DNA from: a virus
IMG/VR virus record: IMGVR_UViG_3300045988_078563
DNA: 57,623 nt
Reading direction: 5' to 3' (one strand)
Both the position numbers and the translations under genes were made by a program. How positions within the stretch are numbered: position 1 is the first letter of the stretch; every line of letters starts with the position of its first letter. The notes under the pieces were generated by a model. The model was given only the letters and a program-made list of their open reading frames with translations. It was not told where the DNA came from and made no database searches. Of this stretch, positions 1 to 7,719 are shown piece after piece.

Positions 1-99
1 AAAAATTGGTACGGCTTTGCTATAACTCCGGAAGAAATTGAAAATGCTGTAGGATTTAATCCTAACCCGCTCACAGATAATAATTAATAAAAAAAAAAG
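1..99. repeat. Terminal overlap identical to 57525..57623 (circular closure); 1..87 duplicates the 3' end of polA
   Basis: Read base by base: aaaaattggtacggc...taataaaaaaaaaag is present at both ends, 99/99 identical. Confidence 0.95.
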
Positions 100-108
100 A
101 AATAATAG

Positions 109-137
109 TTGACATTCCATATATTATGTATTACAAT
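109..137 (+). promoter_or_regulatory. Early promoter copy P1 (TTGACA-N17-TACAAT)
   Basis: ttgaca 109-114, 17-nt spacer ending atgtat, tacaat 132-137, followed by atagtcaagttaagaaa box. Confidence 0.8.
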
Positions 138-189
138 ATAGTCAAGTTAAGAAAACAAATACATATTATATTATATGGAGGTAATTATT

Positions 190-696
190 ATGAACAATAT
201 GATGATTAAAGCAGAAATGAGCAGAGAAGATAAGTTATACTCAATGAAGGGAGATATGCTTATTGCAGAATGTGATAAGTTAGGAGTAAAAGTTAACTGC
301 AATAAGACAAGAACTCAGCTTAAAGAGAGCAAGTCTAAGGTTATAGAAAGAATTTTAGCGTTTGAAAGTGAAGTAGACAATAGCATATCTGTATCTGATG
401 AATCAGTAGTTGAAGATAATAATGATATAGCTAATACATCAGAAAAGAAAGAAACTAATACTATTGATTTAGATGTAGAATCATTTTGTGAAAAAAATCA
501 GTTAACTATGCATACAGCTGTCAAGAAGAATACTTATTATATTAAGTTAAATTCTAAGACTTTAAAATTAAGAGTAACAAAGAAAAATTATATATGTTAT
601 AAGTCAGGTAAGTATGATAATGGTACTTATGAAGAAAAGAGCAATAGAACAAAGTATGTATTAACATCTTTAACTGACTTATTAACTTTAGCATAG
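190..696 (+). CDS. Early hypothetical protein with N-terminal HeH/SAP-like (Rho_N-like) motif
   Basis: ORF track 175..696. TGGAGG sits 8 nt before ATG 190. Motif: LIAECDKLGVKVNCNKTRTQLKESKSKVIERIL. Confidence 0.6.
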   Translation: MNNMMIKAEMSREDKLYSMKGDMLIAECDKLGVKVNCNKTRTQLKESKSKVIERILAFESEVDNSISVSDESVVEDNNDIANTSEKKETNTIDLDVESFCEKNQLTMHTAVKKNTYYIKLNSKTLKLRVTKKNYICYKSGKYDNGTYEEKSNRTKYVLTSLTDLLTLA

Positions 697-709
697 AAAG
701 GAGTACTAT

Positions 710-1452
710 ATGAATGTTATTGATAATGTTGAACCTGGAAATAAGTGGGAATTTGATTCTAATGTAGCAGAGTGTTTTGAGAATATGCTACAGCGTTCTA
801 TTCCACAGTACAATTTAATGCGTGATTCTATAGCTGGATTGAGTAAGTATATACTTGAACATTCAAATAAACATATAGTTAGTATATTAGATATTGGATG
901 TTCTGATGGGTTAATGATTCAATCTTTAAAAGAAACATTAGATAAGTTATCTGATATAGATATTAGATATACCGGGTGTGATGTATCTGAACCTATGCTA
1001 ACTAAGGCAAAACATAGATTTTTGGATGAATTAATTGAAAAGAAAATTACTATTCTTAATTGTGATTTACGCACAGACTACCCGATTGGTCTGTTCGATA
1101 TAGTAACATCTTGCTTAACAATTCAGTTCACTCCAATTGAATATCGTCAGCACATAATTCAAAATATATATATGATTCATTGAGCAGTAAGAATGGAACA
1201 TTTATTATGGTAGAAAAGGTGCTGGGCAGTACAGATATTCTTAATCAGGCTATGGTGAGTAATTATTATGAAATGAAAAAGACTAATGGTTATTCAGAAG
1301 AGCAGATTGAAAGAAAGAGACTATCATTAGAGGGTGTATTAGTCCCAGTTACTAATGATATGAATATTAATCTATTAAAATCAGCTGGATTTAAGCACGT
1401 TGATGTATTTTGGAGATGGATGAATTTTACAGGTTATATTGCAATAAAGTAA
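710..1452 (+). pseudogene. cmoA: cmoA-like carboxy-S-adenosylmethionine (Cx-SAM) synthase, frame broken by a 2-nt excess in the (AT)5 tract 1164..1173 (ORFs 710..1183 and 1180..1452)
   Basis: Joined translation is collinear with E. coli CmoA along its full length. Matching blocks: [63 protein letters not shown]. Confidence 0.8.
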
Positions 1453-1462
1453 AGGAGATTAT

Positions 1463-2500
1463 ATGTTAGAACCTATTAAACAATTAGATTCAAATGGTCT
1501 TACTTGTATAGATTTATTTTGCGGGGCAGGTATAGGAGCATATGGAGTTAAAAGAGCAGGATATAATATTTTATGGTCTGTGGATAATGATGAAGATGCG
1601 GTAAAAACATATAATCTCAATATCGGAAATCACGCTATTTGTGCGGACATTCGTACAATTAAACCTGATGATATACCAGATTGTGATTTGATGATAGCTA
1701 CACCCGTATGTAAACCCTTTTCAGTTTGCGGAGCAAGAAGACTAACAAATGATAAAAAGTACGGAGATTTATTAGCTGAAACTATAAGATTGTTTAGTGC
1801 TAAAAAGCCAAAGGCATTATTTTTTGAAAATGTAGCTGGTATTGCTATGGGAGATAGCTTATCAATTTTTAAGGAATTTTGTCGATTGATTGAAAGTTAT
1901 GGTTATCATACTTATTGGAATATTGTAAATTCATTTGAACTTGGCGTGCCACAGCAAAGAGAGAGAGTATTTATGGTGGCTATTGCAGATTCTATAAAGA
2001 ATGAGTTTATAGTACCTAAATCAGTATGGCATAGAACAACACAGCGAGATGCTATTTATGATTTAAAAGATAAAACTATAGCAGATGTTAAAAATCATAA
2101 TACTGATAAATTGAGTTCTTCTATATATTCAGCATTTAGCAGTAATTTTAGACAGAATACTTGGGATGAACCTGCTAAAACTGTACTATCTTCTCAGCAA
2201 TCAGCTCTATTATATCCTGAACCTTATAAGATATCTGATAACTATAAGGAAGCACATAAGCAGATGTTGAATGATTCAAATTTCCCAAGAAGAATGTCTG
2301 TACGAGAACATCTTAGATTGCAGACTGTCGGGGATGATTTTTATTTCTCTGATGATATATCAATTAAAGAACAATATAATAGATGTTCAGGTGTGCCAAG
2401 TCTTGTAGCATATAAATATACTTGTGCTATTGCAGATTGTCTTTTAGGTAAAACATCAAATAGAGATTCATCTATTAAATATAGAAAGAAGTTGTTTTAA
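1463..2500 (+). CDS. dcm: DNA (cytosine-5) methyltransferase family enzyme with atypical motifs IV and X
   Basis: Motifs DLFCGAGIG (I), ATPVCKPFS (IV), FENV (VI), QQRERVF (VIII), RRMSVREHLRLQ (IX), CSGVP (X). RBS AAGGAG. Confidence 0.85.
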   Translation: MLEPIKQLDSNGLTCIDLFCGAGIGAYGVKRAGYNILWSVDNDEDAVKTYNLNIGNHAICADIRTIKPDDIPDCDLMIATPVCKPFSVCGARRLTNDKKYGDLLAETIRLFSAKKPKALFFENVAGIAMGDSLSIFKEFCRLIESYGYHTYWNIVNSFELGVPQQRERVFMVAIADSIKNEFIVPKSVWHRTTQRDAIYDLKDKTIADVKNHNTDKLSSSIYSAFSSNFRQNTWDEPAKTVLSSQQSALLYPEPYKISDNYKEAHKQMLNDSNFPRRMSVREHLRLQTVGDDFYFSDDISIKEQYNRCSGVPSLVAYKYTCAIADCLLGKTSNRDSSIKYRKKLF

Positions 2501-2622
2501 TGAAAATTTATATATTAGGTAAAATAACAGGAACAACAGATTATATACAAAGATTTGAGAGAGCAGAAAAAGCTCTCTCAAAATATATAGTAATCAATAC
2601 AGCTAAAGTAAATATGCAGTAG
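2500..2622 (+). pseudogene. 40-codon remnant resembling the N-terminus of DUF4406 / nucleoside 2-deoxyribosyltransferase-like proteins
   Basis: MKIYILGKITGTTDYIQRFERAEKALSKY..., taATG overlap with the MTase stop, truncated by TAG. Contains the 9-bp GC-rich hairpin 2556..2580. Confidence 0.35.
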
Positions 2623-2654
2623 AAAATAATTATAAAATAATTTTTGAAAAGTAA

Positions 2655-2683
2655 TTGACTTTTTATATTTTATGTATTACAAT
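2655..2683 (+). promoter_or_regulatory. Early promoter copy P2 (TTGACT-N17-TACAAT)
   Basis: ttgact 2655-2660, 17-nt spacer ending atgtat, tacaat 2678-2683. Confidence 0.7.
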
Positions 2684-2714
2684 ACAAGAGAAATAAATAG
2701 AAAGGAGAAAGACA

Positions 2715-4091
2715 TTGAATTATGATGAATTTCTAAAAACAAAAATAGAGCAATTCAAGCCTTGCGGTTTTGATTGTAATCCCTCAAATGAAAATCTATT
2801 TGATTTTCAAAGAGCTATTGTGAAGATAGCACTTAAAAGAGGAAAATCAGCATTGTTTCTTGACACTGGACTTGGAAAAACTATATGTCAGTTATCTTGG
2901 GCTTATGAAGTGTATAAGCATACTGGAAAGAATGTACTTATACTTGCCCCACTTGCTGTATCAGTGCAGACAAAAAGAGAGGGGGAAAAGTTTGGTATTG
3001 ATGTAAATATTTGTAGAACGCAAGAAGATGTAAAAGAAGGCATAAATATTACTAACTATGAAATGTTAGAACATTTTAATGCTGATGAATTTATAGGAAT
3101 TGTGCTTGATGAAAGCTCAATACTAAAATCATTTTCCGGCAAGACTACAAAGGCATTGATTGATAAGTTTAGAGCAACAGAATATAAACTTGCTTGTTCT
3201 GCCACTCCAGCACCAAATGATTATGAAGAATTGGGTAATCATTCAGAGTTTTTAGGAGTAATGACAAGAACAGAAATGCTTGCTACTTATTTTGTACACG
3301 ATGGTGGAAACACAAGTAAATGGAGATTAAAAGGACACGCAGAAGAACAATTTTGGCATTGGGTATCTAGTTGGGCAAGCGTGATGAAAACTCCAGAAGA
3401 TATAGGTTATAATGGTGATAAATATAAATTGCCTGCCTTGAATGTGCAAGTTGTAAAAGTAGCAGGAGAAACAAAGAGAGGAAAGCTGATTCCTAGTGTT
3501 GTAACAGATTTACAAGATAGGCGAGAAGCAAGAAAAGAAAGTCTTAGTAAAAGAGTATCAAAGTGTGCAGAACTTATAAAAGCTAATAATATGGAAAATT
3601 GCTTGATTTGGTGTGATTTTAATGATGAAGGAAATGCACTTGAAAAAGCAATTCCGAACGCTGTACAGGTTGCAGGTTCAGATACAAATGAACACAAAGA
3701 AAAATCATTATTAGGATTTTCAACAGGAGATATAAAGTTCCTTGTGAGCAAACCGAAGATTGCTGGATTTGGTATGAACTGGCAGAATTGTAACAATATT
3801 ATATTCTGTGGTATATCAGATAGTTATGAAAAATACTATCAAGCTGTAAGAAGATGTTACAGATTCGGGCAGATAAAAGAAGTAAATGTGTACATTGTTA
3901 TAAGTACAAGAGAATTACCAGTTTATAATAATATTCTTGAAAAAGGCAGACTTGCTGATGAAATGAATAAAAAAATGGTTGAAATTGCATCAAAATATCT
4001 TGAAGATGAAATAAAGAACACGACAAGAATGACGGATGAATATGATGCAGAAATAAAAATGAAACTACCAGAATGGGAGGAAATGGAATGA
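2715..4091 (+). CDS. SF2 (DEAD/SNF2-like) helicase, methylase-associated type
   Basis: Walker A LDTGLGKT, DExx box VLDESS, SAT-like CSATP, C-terminal RRCYRFGQ. TTG start after AAGGAG. Confidence 0.75.
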   Translation: MNYDEFLKTKIEQFKPCGFDCNPSNENLFDFQRAIVKIALKRGKSALFLDTGLGKTICQLSWAYEVYKHTGKNVLILAPLAVSVQTKREGEKFGIDVNICRTQEDVKEGINITNYEMLEHFNADEFIGIVLDESSILKSFSGKTTKALIDKFRATEYKLACSATPAPNDYEELGNHSEFLGVMTRTEMLATYFVHDGGNTSKWRLKGHAEEQFWHWVSSWASVMKTPEDIGYNGDKYKLPALNVQVVKVAGETKRGKLIPSVVTDLQDRREARKESLSKRVSKCAELIKANNMENCLIWCDFNDEGNALEKAIPNAVQVAGSDTNEHKEKSLLGFSTGDIKFLVSKPKIAGFGMNWQNCNNIIFCGISDSYEKYYQAVRRCYRFGQIKEVNVYIVISTRELPVYNNILEKGRLADEMNKKMVEIASKYLEDEIKNTTRMTDEYDAEIKMKLPEWEEME

Positions 4092-4984
4092 AAGGACAAA
4101 GTGCAGTAAATGTTGAAAATCAGTTAATCACAGATAAATATGCTTTATATAATGGTGATAGCTGTGAGATTATGAAAGGAATACCTGATAATAGTATTCA
4201 CTTTTCTATATTCTCTCCGCCTTTTGCAAGTCTTTATACCTATTCAAATAGCGACAGAGACTTGGGAAACTGTAGAACAACAACAGAATTTTATGAGCAT
4301 TTTAAGTTTATAGTTTCTGAATTGTACAGAATTACAATGCCCGGAAGATTAGTAAGTTTCCATTGTATGAACTTACCAACAAGTAAAGAAAGAGATGGAT
4401 TTATAGGAATTGAAGATTTCAGAGGACTTCTTATAAAGTTATTTCAAGATAGTGGATTCATCTATCATTCAGAAGTTTGTATATGGAAAGACCCAGTAAT
4501 CGCAATGCAGAGAACAAAGGCACTTGGACTACTTCACAAGCAGTTGAAAAAAGATAGTTGTATGAGTAGGCAAGGAATACCCGATTATCTTGTAACAATG
4601 AGAAAACCAGGGGAGAACCCAGAAAGATGTGAGCATACTAATGAATCATTCCCAGTCAGCAAGTGGCAGAATTATGCCAGTCCAATTTGGATGGATATAA
4701 ATCCAAGTGACACATTACAGGCAAGAAGTGCTAGAGAAGAGAAAGACGAAAAGCATATATGTCCTTTACAGTTGCCTGTTATAGAAAGAGCCATTGAACT
4801 TTGGACTAACCCGAATGACATTGTATTTACTCCATTTCTTGGAATTGGCTCAGAATGTTATAAGGCAATAGAAATGGGCAGACGAGCAATGGGAATTGAA
4901 CTCAAAAAGAGTTATTATGAGCAGGCTTGTAAAAATGTAGCAAGTGTGCCATTTAATAGCTTATATAAGAAAGGTTTATTTTAA
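4088..4984 (+). CDS. Beta-class DNA methyltransferase (N4-cytosine or N6-adenine)
   Basis: SPPF catalytic motif (FSIFSPPFASLY) N-terminal to the SAM motif FTPFLGIGSE. GGGAGG before ATG 4088. Overlaps the helicase stop. Confidence 0.8.
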   Translation: MKGQSAVNVENQLITDKYALYNGDSCEIMKGIPDNSIHFSIFSPPFASLYTYSNSDRDLGNCRTTTEFYEHFKFIVSELYRITMPGRLVSFHCMNLPTSKERDGFIGIEDFRGLLIKLFQDSGFIYHSEVCIWKDPVIAMQRTKALGLLHKQLKKDSCMSRQGIPDYLVTMRKPGENPERCEHTNESFPVSKWQNYASPIWMDINPSDTLQARSAREEKDEKHICPLQLPVIERAIELWTNPNDIVFTPFLGIGSECYKAIEMGRRAMGIELKKSYYEQACKNVASVPFNSLYKKGLF

Positions 4985-4998
4985 GGAGGATTTAATTA

Positions 4999-6093
4999 AT
5001 GAAAGTAGTATCAAGCAGAATGAAAGAAGCAGTAAACAAAGCAATTAAAGGAGCAGGATTTAACAATCTTATTCCTATTACCTCAATGATTGGTATTAAA
5101 TTATCAGATGGAAAGCTGAGATTGCTCACAACAGATATGACTAATACATTATGTATTATCATTGACAAAGTAGCTGGAGAAGATATGGATATTACAGTTG
5201 ATGCAGATAAGTTTGGAAAATTGATTGCAAAGACAACCTCAGAGGATATTGACTTATCTGTAAAAGATGATGTACTTTTTGTAAAAGCAAACGGAACTTA
5301 TAAGATTCCATTGATTTCAGATGAGGAAGGACTTATCTCATTCCCGGATATTAAGATGATGGATGATAAAAATGTACAGTGTAAGACAAAGCTGTCAAGC
5401 GTTATGCAGGCTTATAATATCAATAAATCAGCACTTGCAAAAACACTTGATAATCCAGCATTAACTGGTTACTATTGTGGAGATACTGTTATTAGTACAG
5501 ATGCGAATGTAATCACATTTAATGGATTTAAGATGTTTGATAATGAAGAACCTATTCTTATTTCTGCTCAGCAGATGCAGTTATTGACACTGAATACAAA
5601 GGAAGATATTGTGGTTTTTATAGGAAGAGCAAGTATTCAGTTCGTGACAGAGGATGTTGTGATTGATAGTGCATTGATGGAAGGAATTGAAGATTTCCCA
5701 GCTAACGAGGTAAACGCTTATCTTGATGAAGCATTTACATCTTCTTGCAAAGTACCAAAGGATTTACTTCTTTCTGTACTTGATAGACTTGCATTATTTA
5801 TTGAGCCTTATGATAAGAATGGAGCATATTTTACATTCGGCAGAAAGGGTATCAATATTCACAGCAAGAAGGATGCTTCAACAGAGACTATCAACTATGT
5901 GGAAAGCAAGGACTTTGAACCATTCGTATGTTGTGTTGATATTCCAATGTTAAAGGAACAGTTGCAGGCTAACCCGGACGATACTGTTAAGATTTGCTAT
6001 GGAAATGAAAATGCTTTAAAGATTGAAAGCGGAAAAGTAACACAGGTTATAGCATTGCTTGAAGATGAAGACCTTGACAATATAACTGAATAA
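4999..6093 (+). CDS. dnaN: DNA polymerase sliding clamp (beta, DnaN-like)
   Basis: 364 aa. DnaN-like N-terminus (LIPITSMIGIKLSDGKLRLLTTDMTN) and an aedFP-like SFPDI segment. Confidence 0.7.
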   Translation: MKVVSSRMKEAVNKAIKGAGFNNLIPITSMIGIKLSDGKLRLLTTDMTNTLCIIIDKVAGEDMDITVDADKFGKLIAKTTSEDIDLSVKDDVLFVKANGTYKIPLISDEEGLISFPDIKMMDDKNVQCKTKLSSVMQAYNINKSALAKTLDNPALTGYYCGDTVISTDANVITFNGFKMFDNEEPILISAQQMQLLTLNTKEDIVVFIGRASIQFVTEDVVIDSALMEGIEDFPANEVNAYLDEAFTSSCKVPKDLLLSVLDRLALFIEPYDKNGAYFTFGRKGINIHSKKDASTETINYVESKDFEPFVCCVDIPMLKEQLQANPDDTVKICYGNENALKIESGKVTQVIALLEDEDLDNITE

Positions 6094-6158
6094 GTATATA
6101 CTTTATATTGCAAACGAATTGAAAGACATTACTGTTTTTGCCTCTTTCTTAATGAATG

Positions 6159-6190
6159 CACCCTTATAGAAATATAGGGGTGTATTTTTT
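6159..6190 (+). terminator. Rho-independent terminator
   Basis: cacccttata/tataggggtg stem (one G-U), gaaa loop, then tatttttt. Confidence 0.75.
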
Positions 6191-6211
6191 ATATAAATTT
6201 TAAAAATATGC

Positions 6212-6240
6212 TTGACATTTCTATGTATATGTATTACAAT
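6212..6240 (+). promoter_or_regulatory. Early promoter copy P3
   Basis: ttgaca 6212-6217, N17, tacaat 6235-6240, then ataatcaagttaagaaa. Confidence 0.85.
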
Positions 6241-6287
6241 ATAATCAAGTTAAGAAATACATACATACATAGAAAGAGGTAATTGAT

Positions 6288-6485
6288 ATGAAAGGTTATG
6301 CAATATATTTTACATGGAATGATGGAACAGAAGATAGCTTTAATGTAGCAGATGCTAAAGAAAGAGATTTTAATATTAAAGACATGATAGCTAGAAAAGA
6401 ATTTAAAGCTGTTAGTTATTGTAGAATATATGCTAGTGGAGAATACGGAAAAAAGAGTAGTAGTTTTATAAAGGAGGAAAATTAA
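6288..6485 (+). CDS. Hypothetical early protein
   Basis: ORF track; AGAGGT RBS; first gene after P3. Confidence 0.6.
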   Translation: MKGYAIYFTWNDGTEDSFNVADAKERDFNIKDMIARKEFKAVSYCRIYASGEYGKKSSSFIKEEN

Positions 6486-6659
6486 ATGACAAAAAGAGCA
6501 ACTAAAGCCTTGCAAATATTAGAATCTAATCATTGTATGATTAATAGCTTATGTACGAAAGAAGAATTAAAGAGCTATAAGGATTTTGATTTTGTGGAAT
6601 ATCTAAAGAGGGCTGTTAAAAGTTATGGTAATGATAATGTGGAGGTGATTAGGCGGTGA
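6486..6659 (+). CDS. Hypothetical small protein (57 aa, below the track cutoff)
   Basis: ATG 6486 directly after the upstream stop. GTGA overlap with the next gene. MTKRATKALQILESNHC... Confidence 0.5.
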   Translation: MTKRATKALQILESNHCMINSLCTKEELKSYKDFDFVEYLKRAVKSYGNDNVEVIRR

Positions 6660-7453
6660 GTAGAAGACTAATAAATCTAATAAATAACAATAAACCACAG
6701 CTTCCCGCAAATAAGAAATTCTTATCTGATGTTATGAGTTGTATTGAAAGAATGGAACAAGAAGGAAGAAGAAAAGGAAGTAATTATTATAAACCTTCTT
6801 CTCTTCACTGTATGCGGAATATGTACTTCACTCGTACTAAAGCTCCTACAGACCCACAACCTACAGAATATAATTCTATAGGTATGGCGGATACAGGTAC
6901 AGACAGACACGAAAGAATACAGAATGTATTATTACATATGCAGGAGATGGGATATGATTGGAAATATCTTGATGTAGCTGAGTATGTTAAACAGAAGCAG
7001 AAGTTCGGAAAATGTAAGTCTTTGATTGTAAAGGGTACACAGGGAGCAGAAACACATCTTATAGATACTGTGTTAAATTTATCTTTCAGATGTGATGGCA
7101 TTATAAGGAGAATATCTACAAATGAGGATTATCTTTTTGAATTTAAAAATGTAGTATCCTTCAAATATAATCAACTTGATAATCATTGCTTAGAACAACA
7201 TCACAATCAGGTTATATGTTATTGTACTGCTTTAGATTTGGATAAGGCTTTCGTGACATATGAGAATAGAGATATATGCACACTTGAAGTTCCTGAAGTA
7301 TTTGAAGTAACTCAGGATATGAAAAACTGGCTTGTGAACTATATAAGTGAATGTGAAGGTTATGTAGAAAGAATGATTGCACCACCTAAAACAGAAGATA
7401 CAAGAAACTGTAAATGGTGCAGATATAAGTCAATATGTAGAAAGGCAGGATAA
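6656..7453 (+). CDS. PD-(D/E)XK exonuclease, Cas4/RecB-like with Fe-S cysteines
   Basis: D...EFK core (RCDGII...LFEFKN), QxxxY (QHHNQVICY), N-terminal Cys plus C-terminal CKWCRYKSIC. Confidence 0.75.
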   Translation: MSRRLINLINNNKPQLPANKKFLSDVMSCIERMEQEGRRKGSNYYKPSSLHCMRNMYFTRTKAPTDPQPTEYNSIGMADTGTDRHERIQNVLLHMQEMGYDWKYLDVAEYVKQKQKFGKCKSLIVKGTQGAETHLIDTVLNLSFRCDGIIRRISTNEDYLFEFKNVVSFKYNQLDNHCLEQHHNQVICYCTALDLDKAFVTYENRDICTLEVPEVFEVTQDMKNWLVNYISECEGYVERMIAPPKTEDTRNCKWCRYKSICRKAG

Positions 7454-7455
7454 AA

Positions 7456-7719
7456 ATGCGTAATTATGTTTTATTTGATGTTCAAGATATGGATGTAGAT
7501 TCAGAATTAGAGAATCTTGTAGAAATACCAAACTCTTATGGACATGAACCATACTTAATAATGTCAAAGATGACATTTAAGCTTATTAAAATGCTATCCA
7601 AAGGATATGATGATAAAGATAATTCATGGGTATATGATGGAGGCTTGGGCTGGGTACCATATAAATTTCAAATTGCAATTGATAAAAGTATACCTTTTGG
7701 GGAGGTGAATGTGAAATAA
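7456..7719 (+). CDS. Hypothetical protein
   Basis: ORF track; tight packing with neighbours. Confidence 0.55.
   Translation: MRNYVLFDVQDMDVDSELENLVEIPNSYGHEPYLIMSKMTFKLIKMLSKGYDDKDNSWVYDGGLGWVPYKFQIAIDKSIPFGEVNVK

Noticed and set aside
1164-1183. Programmed ribosomal frameshift joining the two cmoA-like ORFs
   Set aside because: There is no slippery heptamer and no downstream stimulatory structure. The break sits in a dinucleotide repeat, where an indel (real or technical) is the simpler explanation.
5723-5953. Same-strand nested ORFs (5723..5953, 16338..16544, 27212..27397, 51374..51574)
   Set aside because: They lie in alternative frames entirely inside strongly supported genes (dnaN, dnaX, scaffold, dnaB). 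They have no RBS, and their composition is typical of off-frame translation.
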